Shown: in pieces, positions 37,593 through 46,605 of the stretch | How positions within the stretch are numbered: the first letter of the stretch is position 1 | Layout of the letters: the number at the start of each line of letters is the position of its first letter | NCBI GenBank assembly: GCA_031459385.1 | Contig: JAVKIP010000001.1 | Location: forward strand, 341,786 to 405,785 | DNA from: Candidatus Fervidifonticultor secundus | GTDB taxonomy: Bacteria > Sysuimicrobiota > Sysuimicrobiia > Sysuimicrobiales > Humicultoraceae | Length of the DNA stretch: 64,000 nt | Reading direction: 5' to 3' | Notes under the pieces: generated by a model | Seen by the model: only the letters and a program-made list of their open reading frames with translations | Told to the model about the DNA's origin: nothing | Databases searched by the model: none | Position numbers and translations under genes: made by a program

Positions 37593-38831
37593 TCAGCGGG
37601 TGACGTAGTACTGCACCGGCAGCCGGTGCAGGCACTCGGCGCCGGTGGCCGTGATCAGGAACAGGTTCCCCACCTGGACTCCCGCGCGCTCGTCGGGCGT
37701 GACCACGTTGGGCTGGACGACCACGCACATGCCTGCTTCGAACGTGAACGGATCGTGCGGCCCATCGGCGGTGCGTCGGGTGCGTACCGACGGCGGCAGC
37801 AGCCCCACCACGAAGCCGTGCAGGACGCTGTCGTTGATGGTGAAGCCGGCCTCGTGGATCACCTCTGCGGCGTTCAGGACCTCTTCGACGGTCGCGCCGG
37901 GGCGCAGCACGGCCACGCAGCGCGTGTACGCCTCGAGCGCCACGTCCCAGAGCCGCCGGTGGAGGGCGTTGGGTTCGGCCTGCACGAAGATCGGCCGGTG
38001 CATCTGCCCGGAGTAGCCCCAGTACGAGATGCTGACCTCGCAGTTCACCACGTCGCCACGGGTCACCACCCGGTCGGAAAGGTTCTGCCGGGGCACACAG
38101 ACAGTGGAGGCGTCCTGCGGTGTCGACGACAGGTAGACCAGGTGCACCAGGCCGCCGGCTGCCCGCCCGGCGGCTTCCACCAGGGCGCCGAGCTCCATCT
38201 CGCGCAGCCCCGGGCGCACCCCGTCGATCAGTGCCTGCACGGCACGGTCGGTCAGCGCAGCGCCCCGACGGACCCAGGCGATCTCTTCATCGCTCTTCAC
38301 CAGGCGCAGGCGCCGGACCGCCCGCGAGATGTCACGGAACGCCCACCCGGGCAGCAGGCGCTGCCAGGTCAGGTACGCCTGCACGGGCACCGGGCCCGCG
38401 TAGCCCAGGATGCCGGGGCCGGTGTGCAGCGTGCGCACGTACTGCGCCACGGCCGCCGTCGAGTCGGGCCCGCCCCAGCGGGCCTCGATGACAGCCGCCT
38501 CCCGGGCGTTGGGCACGTGGTTGTGGGTCTGGACGAAGGCCACCGGCGGGTCGGCGTGGCCTACCACCACGTAGCAGTACCGGTTGGGGAGGAAGCCCGA
38601 CAGCCACAGCACGTCGGCCTGACCGTGCCGGTTCAGCGACGAGTCACCGTAGACCACCAGGACGTCGGCACCTTCCTGCACCATCGCCGCGCGGGCTGCG
38701 GCGTGCCGGCGGGCGAACTCCTCCGGTGAGAAGCGTGGGTAGAGCTCGCGTCCTTCCGTGGCGGCGTGGGCGCGCCCGGATCTCTTCCGAGTGGTGGGGG
38801 GCGTGGCGCCTCCCGCGCGACGGGAGCGCAT
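37593..38831 (-). CDS. M24-fold protein with degenerate metal site (creatinase/EutD-like)
   Basis: YPRFSPEEFARR, VKSDEEI, GDVVNCE..GYSGQ, LHG, VQPN, QVGN; start uncertain. Confidence 0.8.
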   Translation of the reverse strand: MRSRRAGGATPPTTRKRSGRAHAATEGRELYPRFSPEEFARRHAAARAAMVQEGADVLVVYGDSSLNRHGQADVLWLSGFLPNRYCYVVVGHADPPVAFVQTHNHVPNAREAAVIEARWGGPDSTAAVAQYVRTLHTGPGILGYAGPVPVQAYLTWQRLLPGWAFRDISRAVRRLRLVKSDEEIAWVRRGAALTDRAVQALIDGVRPGLREMELGALVEAAGRAAGGLVHLVYLSSTPQDASTVCVPRQNLSDRVVTRGDVVNCEVSISYWGYSGQMHRPIFVQAEPNALHRRLWDVALEAYTRCVAVLRPGATVEEVLNAAEVIHEAGFTINDSVLHGFVVGLLPPSVRTRRTADGPHDPFTFEAGMCVVVQPNVVTPDERAGVQVGNLFLITATGAECLHRLPVQYYVTR

Positions 38832-40717
38832 CAGCTCTGGGGCGCCGGGTGGTCCACAGCAGGCGCCAGGGTGGGGTGGGCGACCCTGCGGCGCTGACGC
38901 AGCGTGACGGCGCCGACCAGCACGGCGGCGGCTGCCCACGCCTCGGGCCGCGGGATGTACCCCAGGACGCCCGCGACAGCCAGCACCACCCATTCCAGCA
39001 GCGTGGTGCCGGTGACCAGGTAGGCCGTCGCCACGGCGGCAAAGACGATCGTACCCAGCGTGGCGGCGGTGATCGCTGCAGCGTTCTCCCACACCGACCC
39101 CGTCAGCAGCAGGTGGGTGTAGGCGAAGAGCACCGGCATGATGTAGATGATCTTGGCGAAGCGGAAACAGTTCCACCCGGCGCGCATGGGATCGGCCCGG
39201 GCGATAGCCGCAGCGGCGAAGGGGCCCAGGGCCACCGGCGGGGTGATGTTGGAGTCCAGGCTCAGCCAGAAGACGATCATGTGGGCCACCAGCAGCGGCA
39301 CGCCTAGCTCGCGCAGGACCGGCACTGCGATCACCGCCACGATGAGGTAGGTGGCGGTGATGGGCAGGGCCAGCCCCAGCACCAGGGTCGACACCGCTAC
39401 CAGCAGCAGCGTCAGCCAGAGCTTGCCTTCCGCCAGGGCGACCACGATGTACGAGAACCGAATGCCGATGCCGGTCAGGGCCAGCACGCCGATGACAATG
39501 CCCACCGCCCCGGTGAGCGCCGCCACGAAGAGAGACGACCGCGCCCCCTCCACCAGGGCGTCCCAGATTGCCCGCACCCCCATGCGGGTCTCGCGTCGCA
39601 CCCAGCTCACGGCCACCGTGGCTAGAATGGCGTACACGGCCGCACGTTCGGTGGAGACGTGCGCCATCAGCAGCGCGATCAGCACCGCCACCGGGAGAAA
39701 GAGATACCACCCGCGGCGCAGCGTAGGGCCCAGTGGCGGGAGCTCGTGGGCGGGCAGGCCGCGCAGCCCCAGCTTGCGCGACTCGAAGTACACCATGAGG
39801 CCCACCGAGAAGAAGTAGAGCAGCCCCGGAATAGCGGCGATCTTGACGATCTGCGGGTAGGCGCTGTTCGTCATCTCCGCCATGATGAACGCGCCGGCAC
39901 CCATCACCGGCGGCAGGACCATCGCCCCGGTGGACGCGGCGCCTTCCACCGCGGCGGCGATGTGAGGCGGGAAGCCGGCCTGCTTCATCAGCGGAATGGT
40001 GATGGTGCCGGTGGTGACGGTGTTGGCTACCGGACTGCCCTGGATCGTGCCCAGCAGGGCACTGGAGACCACCGCGGCGTGGGCCGGACCGCCGGCGAAA
40101 CGGCCGAACAGGGCCAGGGAGAGGTCGATGAACACCCGGGCGGCCCCGGCCCGCTGCAGGAACGCGCCGAACACCACGAACGGAATGATGAACTGAGCCA
40201 GGACCTCGGCCATCACACCGAAGATGCCGTCGGAGGTCAGGTAGAGGTACTCGATCACCCGCCGGAGCGTGAACCCCCGGTGACCGACGATAGGCGGCAG
40301 GGCGTGGCCGAACAGGGCGTAGGCGATGGGCACCAGGGCTGTCAGGGCCATGCTCCATCCCAGCACCCGACGCGCCGCCTCCACGGCGATCGCGGTGACC
40401 ACTACCCCCAGGGCGACGTCGACGGTCGTGTAGGCACCCGCGCGGTACGCCATCGCCTCGTGCTCGACGATCCAGTAGGCCACGCCCGCCACCGCCACGG
40501 CGGCCAGGATCAGGTCCACGACCGACGGCGCGTCCTCCCGGTCGCGCTGCCACCCGCGGTAAAGCAACAGGGGTACGACCAGGCTGTAGAGCACGGCGAT
40601 GCCGCGGTAGTACTGTAGCGACGCCGTGCCGTACCAGGCCAGCCAGAGGTAGTAGAGCGAGGTGGCGCCCAGGAGGATCTGGACGACAGCGTCCCACCGT
40701 CTGGCCAGGGTCCGCAC
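38831..40717 (-). CDS. TAXI-type TRAP transporter 4TM/12TM fused permease
   Basis: GIFG, GGPAHAAVVSS, GSPVANTVTTGTITIPLMK, PPVMGAGAFIMAE, ITPPVAL. Confidence 0.93.
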   Translation of the reverse strand: MRTLARRWDAVVQILLGATSLYYLWLAWYGTASLQYYRGIAVLYSLVVPLLLYRGWQRDREDAPSVVDLILAAVAVAGVAYWIVEHEAMAYRAGAYTTVDVALGVVVTAIAVEAARRVLGWSMALTALVPIAYALFGHALPPIVGHRGFTLRRVIEYLYLTSDGIFGVMAEVLAQFIIPFVVFGAFLQRAGAARVFIDLSLALFGRFAGGPAHAAVVSSALLGTIQGSPVANTVTTGTITIPLMKQAGFPPHIAAAVEGAASTGAMVLPPVMGAGAFIMAEMTNSAYPQIVKIAAIPGLLYFFSVGLMVYFESRKLGLRGLPAHELPPLGPTLRRGWYLFLPVAVLIALLMAHVSTERAAVYAILATVAVSWVRRETRMGVRAIWDALVEGARSSLFVAALTGAVGIVIGVLALTGIGIRFSYIVVALAEGKLWLTLLLVAVSTLVLGLALPITATYLIVAVIAVPVLRELGVPLLVAHMIVFWLSLDSNITPPVALGPFAAAAIARADPMRAGWNCFRFAKIIYIMPVLFAYTHLLLTGSVWENAAAITAATLGTIVFAAVATAYLVTGTTLLEWVVLAVAGVLGYIPRPEAWAAAAVLVGAVTLRQRRRVAHPTLAPAVDHPAPQS

Positions 40718-40837
40718 CGGCGTGTCCGCTCCCGGCCTAGCCCACGCCGAAGGTCGTGCGGCGGTCCGCTGGGACCCCGCAGGTTACCGCACGAGGCTGC
40801 CCGTCTCCCACGTGGGGTGCCACCTCGCCCGTCTCAG

Positions 40838-41833
40838 TCAGCGCGCCCGGATCGCGTCGGGGATCTCCAACCCCACCGTCCGCCAGTGGGCCTCCGCGCC
40901 GCGGTGCAGCGGGATCGTGATGCCCTGCAACGCCTGGCGGGGCCGCATGTCAGCCGATGCCGAGTGGACCCGCAGCATGTGCTCGTGGCCCCTGGTGCTG
41001 TAGGCCGCCGCGACGATGGTCTGCACGAGCGGCGCCGGTACGTCTGCGTGGGCCAGCCACAGCAGCGGGACGCCCAGCGCCGGCACGGGCTCGGTCACCC
41101 CGGGATACCCACCAGGGGGGAAGACGTACCGGGAGTAGTAGGGAAACTGGCGCAGGAAGCCGGCGGCCACCGCCGGCGTGTACACGTCGATCATCCGGAT
41201 CGGCTTGACCGAGGCCGCTTCGATAGTGCCGCGGTCGGGGTAGGGACCCGTGAAGAAGAACGCGTCGACGCGGCCGTCCTGGAGCGCCTGGCTGGCCGCC
41301 GCGCCCAGGAGCGGCACACGCGTCAGGCGATCCCAGATGCCGATGGCGCGGAAGGCGCGCTCGGCCGTGGCAAACGTCCCCGAGCCGGGCGTGCCTACGG
41401 CGATGCGCTTGCCGGCCAGGTCGGTGGCCGTGCGGATGCCGCTGTCCTGATACGTGACCACGTGCGAGGCACCGATGAAGATCAGACCCAGGGCTCGCAG
41501 GTTGGTGTGGGGATTGCCGCGGAAGATCTCCAGGCCGTGGTAGGCTTCGTGGGCGTCGGACGCGAAGGCCAGCCCCATCTCGGCGTTCTTCGCCTGGAGC
41601 CGCCGGACGTTCTCGGTGGAGCCGCCGGTCGCCGCCACGGACACGTCGACCTCGGCTACGGCGCCGTTGAGGAACGTGGCGATGCCGGTGGCGAAGATGC
41701 CGAAGACGCCGGCGGGGGGACCGCCGAGCATGGTTATGCGGACCTTGGGCGCGGCCAGCACTGGCCCGGGCGCCGGCGCTGTCAGGAGCGCGACCAGGGC
41801 GAGGAGCGCAGCGCCTTTCCACAGCGTGCTCAT
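40838..41833 (-). CDS. TAXI-family TRAP solute-binding protein
   Basis: GGPPAGVF, TGGSTEN, DLAGKRIAVGTPGSGT, PLHRGA. Confidence 0.92.
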   Translation of the reverse strand: MSTLWKGAALLALVALLTAPAPGPVLAAPKVRITMLGGPPAGVFGIFATGIATFLNGAVAEVDVSVAATGGSTENVRRLQAKNAEMGLAFASDAHEAYHGLEIFRGNPHTNLRALGLIFIGASHVVTYQDSGIRTATDLAGKRIAVGTPGSGTFATAERAFRAIGIWDRLTRVPLLGAAASQALQDGRVDAFFFTGPYPDRGTIEAASVKPIRMIDVYTPAVAAGFLRQFPYYSRYVFPPGGYPGVTEPVPALGVPLLWLAHADVPAPLVQTIVAAAYSTRGHEHMLRVHSASADMRPRQALQGITIPLHRGAEAHWRTVGLEIPDAIRAR

Positions 41834-41847
41834 CCATGCACCTCCTG

Positions 41848-43044
41848 TCATGATGCCTTTACGCCGCCACCACGATCGGCTCGAAAGGCACCCGGTGCAG
41901 GCGCTCGAACCTCTGGTGCGGCCAGCGTCTCCTTCATCCAGTCGGCCACGAGCGGCCGGTACTTGTACGGGATGTTGTTGCAGACGTGGTTCCCCTCGGG
42001 GTACATCACCAGCCGCGCGCACGGCGCTTCGGCCGCCACGCGCTCGGCATGCTGCCAGGGGATGAGGCGGTCCTGCCGGCCGAAGACGACCAGCAGCGGC
42101 TGGCGCAGGCGCGGCAGCACCGGGCCCAGGTCGAGCTGCAGCGCGCGCTGGCGGGCCTCGACCTCGCTTGTAGCCCCGCTGTGGTGGCGGAACGTCTCGC
42201 GCGAGTGCGGCGGCAGGTCGTCCCACAGCGCGCCGAAGTTGTACGGGCCGCCGATGGCCGCCACGGCGCGGAGGCGGGGCTCGAAGGCCGCAGCGCGCGG
42301 TGCGTAGTAGCCACCCAGGCTGACCCCGGCGACGCCGACGCGGTCGAGATCGAGGTCGGAGCGGCCGGTGAGCGCGTCGAGGGCGGCGGCGACCGGCTTC
42401 TCGTAGTCGTGCCTGATCGGCAGGCGGTAGCCTGTCTCGCCCTGGCCCGGGCCGTCCAGCGAAAGCGTGGCCATCCCCCGGACGAGGAACACATTTTCCC
42501 ACGAGAAGAACTCTTCCTTGGTCGAGTCGAGCCCCGGCAAGAGCAGCACGAGCGGCGGCCGCGCCGTGCTGTGGCCGCCGCGGTCGCCGGCTCCGCCTGA
42601 TGCGGTCGGGCCGGCGCCCCCCTCGGGCTGCGGACGCCGCAGCACGGCGACGAGCGCGGCGCCGTCGAAGGGGATCTCCAGGCGCTCGGCGGTGGGATCG
42701 AGGTGCCGGTGGGCAGCGTGCAGCGCGGCCACCGCCGCGTCGCTGGCAGCGCGGTGTCTGGCCGGGTCCAGCATCCAGACGAACTTCGCGAAGTGGTAGC
42801 ACAGGGCCGCTCGCACCCACGCCTCGCCGGCAGTGATGCGGCGGCCCGCGGCCTCGGCCTCGCGCGCCAGGGCCGCGTGCCCGTCCCCGGTCGCCACCCA
42901 GGCATCCAGCCACTCGTCCCAGCGGCTGATCGCCGCCGTGGTGCGGACGAAGTCGTTGTAGTCCACGCCCTGGGCGATGAAGCGGGGCGCCCAGTGGTCG
43001 ATGGCGGCCTGCACTCTAGCGTCGCGCTGCGTTGCCTCTCGCAC
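41848..43044 (-). CDS. Alpha/beta hydrolase, 2,6-dihydroxy-pseudooxynicotine (DHPON) hydrolase-like
   Basis: PGLDSTKEE, DGPGQGE, DYEKPV, nucleophile GVSLGGY, GNHVCNN, ADW; strongly recalls Arthrobacter PonH. Confidence 0.85.
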   Translation of the reverse strand: MREATQRDARVQAAIDHWAPRFIAQGVDYNDFVRTTAAISRWDEWLDAWVATGDGHAALAREAEAAGRRITAGEAWVRAALCYHFAKFVWMLDPARHRAASDAAVAALHAAHRHLDPTAERLEIPFDGAALVAVLRRPQPEGGAGPTASGGAGDRGGHSTARPPLVLLLPGLDSTKEEFFSWENVFLVRGMATLSLDGPGQGETGYRLPIRHDYEKPVAAALDALTGRSDLDLDRVGVAGVSLGGYYAPRAAAFEPRLRAVAAIGGPYNFGALWDDLPPHSRETFRHHSGATSEVEARQRALQLDLGPVLPRLRQPLLVVFGRQDRLIPWQHAERVAAEAPCARLVMYPEGNHVCNNIPYKYRPLVADWMKETLAAPEVRAPAPGAFRADRGGGVKAS

Positions 43045-44614
43045 GTGCCACCACATCCTCCAGTCGCAGACCGAAGTCGGCGAGCATGACCATGGCGGCG
43101 TTGCGGCCCGGGGCGCCGGAGACCGAGCCGCCGGGATGCGTGGTCGCGCCGGTCTGGTACAGCCCCGGGATCGGCAGGCGGTGCTGCGCCCACCCCGGCG
43201 CAGGCCGCAGCCCACCCGACTGGGCCGGGCTCATGTCGCCGCCGTGACAGGATCCGTGCCAGTTGTGCCGGTTGAACCGCTCCAGGTCCAGCGGGCTCTT
43301 CACGACCGACGCCAGCAGCACCTCGTCGGTGAGGTTGGGCGCGTAGCGACGCAGGTGCGCCAGGTTGGCCGCCGCCACGTCCTCCTTGATGGTATCCCAG
43401 TGGTCCGGCCCCTCGGGCAGCGCGTAGGGCTGGAAGCCGATTACCTTCAGTGTGTGCCTGCCCGGCGGCGCGCGGCCCGGGTCAGCCATGGTCGCGCAGA
43501 GCACGAGCAGCACCGGATCATCCAGCGCCACCCGCCCGCGGAGGAACTCGGAGCCCACGCGCAGCATCCGGTCCACCGAGGTGGGAACGCCCGCGGCCAC
43601 CGGCGACAGCACCCCGCCGGCCACAGGGAAACGCGGGGGCTGGGCGGTCGCGTAGTGCGCCACGAACATCGTCACCCCCGGCTGCCAGGTGTCCACGCCG
43701 AAGACGAACTCCTCGGGCCAGACCTGGCGGGGGGCCAGCTCGAGCAGGTGCTTGACGTGGATCGTCGACAGGACCCCCCGGCGCGCGCGGAACCGCTCGC
43801 CGTCGGCGGTCTCCACGCCGGCGCAGCGCCCGTCTTCGAGGAGCAGGCCCGCCACGCGGCGACCGGTGAGGATCACGCCACCGTGGTCCTCGAGGCACCG
43901 TGCCAGCGCCAGCGGCAGGGCCGCCGACCCGCCCCGGGGCAGGGTCCACGAGTGGCGCTGGCGCCCGAAGACGATCTGGTAGGCGAGCACGCCGGTGCCG
44001 GGCCGGTCGGGCGGCTGCATCGTCATGAACGCCATCCACAGCATGAACGCCCGCACGTGCTCGTCTTCGAAGGTGTCCCGGATGATCGCCCAGGCGCTCG
44101 TCGCCTGCCGCCGCAGCCACTGCGCGCCGCCGGGGATGGCCTGCAGGCGTTCCTCGAGCGTCGGGCCCAGCCCCACCGGCGTGTAGCGGTGGGTGGTGAA
44201 GACGTCCCTCACCGCGTCATAGGCCGCGAGCAGCCGACGGTAGGCGTCGGCATCCCGCCGCGAGAACTTCGCGATCTCCTCGCACGTGCGGTCCACATCG
44301 CGCCACTGGGTCAGCCAGGTGCCGTCTGGAAAGGGTACGTGCACCACGGGATCTGGCTGAAGGTACTCCAGCCCGTACCGGTCCAGCCCCAGTTCGTTGA
44401 AGCGCAGCGTCGGGCTCGACTGGATGAGATTGTGCGCTGTCGAGCAAGTGTCGTGCAGGAAGCCCGGCAGCGTGAGGGGCTCCGACGCGGTGTTCCCGCC
44501 GACGACCGGTCGCTCCTCGAGCACGACCACCGATAACCCGGCCACGGCCAGGTAGGCAGCGGCGAGCAGGCTGTTGTGGCCCGCGCCGGCGACGACCACG
44601 TCGAAGGTGGACAT
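43016..44614 (-). CDS. FAD-dependent oxidoreductase, phytoene dehydrogenase/PYROXD2-like
   Basis: GAGHNSL, LPGFLHD, GGS..L, SPLDLER, LYQTGATTHPGGSVSGAPGRNAA. Confidence 0.9.
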   Translation of the reverse strand: MSTFDVVVAGAGHNSLLAAAYLAVAGLSVVVLEERPVVGGNTASEPLTLPGFLHDTCSTAHNLIQSSPTLRFNELGLDRYGLEYLQPDPVVHVPFPDGTWLTQWRDVDRTCEEIAKFSRRDADAYRRLLAAYDAVRDVFTTHRYTPVGLGPTLEERLQAIPGGAQWLRRQATSAWAIIRDTFEDEHVRAFMLWMAFMTMQPPDRPGTGVLAYQIVFGRQRHSWTLPRGGSAALPLALARCLEDHGGVILTGRRVAGLLLEDGRCAGVETADGERFRARRGVLSTIHVKHLLELAPRQVWPEEFVFGVDTWQPGVTMFVAHYATAQPPRFPVAGGVLSPVAAGVPTSVDRMLRVGSEFLRGRVALDDPVLLVLCATMADPGRAPPGRHTLKVIGFQPYALPEGPDHWDTIKEDVAAANLAHLRRYAPNLTDEVLLASVVKSPLDLERFNRHNWHGSCHGGDMSPAQSGGLRPAPGWAQHRLPIPGLYQTGATTHPGGSVSGAPGRNAAMVMLADFGLRLEDVVARARGNAARR

Positions 44615-44615
44615 C

Positions 44616-45617
44616 CTACGCCCCCGACGCCAGCAGGCGCGCAGCGTTGCCGCCCAGGATCTTCGCCTCGTCGTCGGGCGGCAGGCCCAGGGCCCGCACG
44701 GCGTCGACCGGCCGCTCCAGGCCCATGTCGAACGGGTAATCGGAGCCCAGCACCACCCGGTCTGCGCCTGCGAACTCTACCAGCCCGCGCAGCACGGCCG
44801 CGTCGTGCGTGAGCGTGTCGTAGTAGAACCGCCGCAACGACGCCTCCACCGGTTCGCGCAGGCGCGCCCGCGCCGGCGCCGTGACCTGGTGCGCGCGCCG
44901 CAGGCGGCCGCGCAGCGCGGGCAGGGCGCCGCCCCCGTGGGCCAGCACGACCTTCAGGCGCGGGTGCGTCTCCATCACGCCTGCCATCACCATCTGCGCC
45001 GCGGTGATCGTCGTCTCCAGCGGGTTGCCCACGGCGTTCCACAGGGAGTAGTCGGCGAACGCCGGGAGGTCGAAGCCGCGCGTGGTGGGATGGACGAAGA
45101 CCACCGCGCCCGCAGCCTCGGCGGCCGCCCAGAACGGGCGGAAACGGTCGTCGCCCAGGTAGGCGCCGTTGACGCTGGCGGCGACCTCCACGCCGCACAG
45201 GCCCGGCAGGCGCATCACGGTCTCGATCTCGCGCGCCGCCAGCGCCGGGTCCTGCAACGGCACAGTCCCCAGGGCGCGGACACGGTCGGGGTACGCCTCC
45301 GCCAGGCGGGCCAGCGCCTCGTTGTAGGTGCGGCTGACGCGCAGCCCATCGGCGGGCGGCGCCTCGTAGCACAGCAGCGACGCCCACGGGCTGAGCACCA
45401 GGCGGTCCACCCCGGCGGCGTCCTGTGCCGCCAGGATGCCGTCTGCGTGCACGATCTCCCGCACCGCCGAGGTGAGCCGGCGGCCACCGTGCTCGATCAC
45501 CTGCCGGCCGTTCTCCCAGAAGACGTGCGGGCGCCACGGGTCGCCGGGTGCCGCCTCGCGCAGGAGTGCGGGCACGATGATGTGGGCGTGGACGTCGGTA
45601 ATCACCGGGTCGGCCAC
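44616..45617 (-). CDS. Amidohydrolase_2 family, ACMSD-like decarboxylase/hydratase
   Basis: DVHAH, VFVHP, GNPLETT, AHGGG, GSDYPFDMG. Confidence 0.88.
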   Translation of the reverse strand: MADPVITDVHAHIIVPALLREAAPGDPWRPHVFWENGRQVIEHGGRRLTSAVREIVHADGILAAQDAAGVDRLVLSPWASLLCYEAPPADGLRVSRTYNEALARLAEAYPDRVRALGTVPLQDPALAAREIETVMRLPGLCGVEVAASVNGAYLGDDRFRPFWAAAEAAGAVVFVHPTTRGFDLPAFADYSLWNAVGNPLETTITAAQMVMAGVMETHPRLKVVLAHGGGALPALRGRLRRAHQVTAPARARLREPVEASLRRFYYDTLTHDAAVLRGLVEFAGADRVVLGSDYPFDMGLERPVDAVRALGLPPDDEAKILGGNAARLLASGA

Positions 45618-45621
45618 CTGC

Positions 45622-46515
45622 TCACTGCGTCACGATCAAGAGCAGCACCCCCGCGACGGTCAGGGCGGCCCCGGCCCACAGCCGCGGGGTCACGGACTCG
45701 CCGTGCCGGTTTCCCACGAGTGGCGACAGCACCAGCACCAGCGGTACCGAGATCTGCGACAGCGCCAGCACCACGCCCACCGGGGCCAGGTCCAGCGCGA
45801 TCCACCGCGCCCACTGCGACAGCCCCACCAGCGCGCCCGCCACCACCTTGTAGTAGAGCGCCTCCGACCGCCGGGCGCCGTCGAACTCCTCGCGCCGCCA
45901 CAGCATGCCCACCGCGTAGGCGATCACGCAGGGCACCAGGCCCAGCGTCAGGCCCAACAGCGGCGACGGCAGGCCTGCCAGACCGTGGCGGACGAAGACC
46001 GGGCTGACCGCCCAGCACAGCGACGCAGCCAGGCCGTAGAGCACGCCGGTCCGGTCGGCGGGCGCCGGCGTTGCCCGAGCGGCCGCTGCCGGCTGCTCGA
46101 CCGAGATCACGTACACGCCGGCCACGGTCACGGCGATCCCCGCCAGCGCCGGGAGAGACGGCAGCTCGCGCAGCGCTACGGCGGCGATTGCGGTGGCGAA
46201 CAGGGGGCTGGTGCTGATCAGCGGGCTCGTCCGCGCCGCGCCGATGCGCTTCTGGCCGGCGTTCAGCAGGGTCCAGCCCACGAAAAAGTGCACGAACGCC
46301 CCCGCCGCAAAGTACGCCAGCGCTGCCGGCGGGGCGTGCCCCACGCGCCGCACGTCGGTCGTCAGCCAGGCAATGGACGCCAGCACCGCCGTGCTCACGA
46401 CCAGCTGGAGGAAAGTGGAGAGGTACACACCCATCTGGCGCAGCGCGATCCGGTTGATCGTCTGGAAGATCCCGAAGCCTGCGCCCGCCAGCAGGGCCCA
46501 TGCCGCACCGCTCAT
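45622..46515 (-). CDS. DMT/EamA-family transporter
   Basis: About 10 TM, IGAAR..PL..P.FA, two-repeat architecture. Confidence 0.85.
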   Translation of the reverse strand: MSGAAWALLAGAGFGIFQTINRIALRQMGVYLSTFLQLVVSTAVLASIAWLTTDVRRVGHAPPAALAYFAAGAFVHFFVGWTLLNAGQKRIGAARTSPLISTSPLFATAIAAVALRELPSLPALAGIAVTVAGVYVISVEQPAAAARATPAPADRTGVLYGLAASLCWAVSPVFVRHGLAGLPSPLLGLTLGLVPCVIAYAVGMLWRREEFDGARRSEALYYKVVAGALVGLSQWARWIALDLAPVGVVLALSQISVPLVLVLSPLVGNRHGESVTPRLWAGAALTVAGVLLLIVTQ

Positions 46516-46518
46516 GCC

Positions 46519-46544
46519 ACGTCACATACGTCACAGCATATCAC
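46519..46544 (-). promoter_or_regulatory. Internal extended -10 promoter with 8-bp direct-repeat operator candidate
   Basis: Minus strand TG-A-TATGCT followed by TGTGACGT-A-TGTGACGT just before the EamA ATG. Confidence 0.5.
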
Positions 46545-46605
46545 GCAGCTCGCCGCCGGGCCGGGGCGGCTCCGCTGATCGCACCAGGATCCTGGCCCAT
46601 GGAGG

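Noticed and set aside
15267..42913. Apparent N-terminal fusions (808-aa GlnA, 1123-aa CoxL, 1034-aa M24, 691-aa TAXI, 583-aa TctC)
   Set aside because: The extensions overlap neighbouring genes in other frames or strands, and internal starts (most with an SD) give normal lengths.
43016..44614. Carotenoid phytoene desaturase crtI
   Set aside because: The motifs fit the PYROXD2-like branch, no crtB or crtE is nearby, and the context is catabolic.
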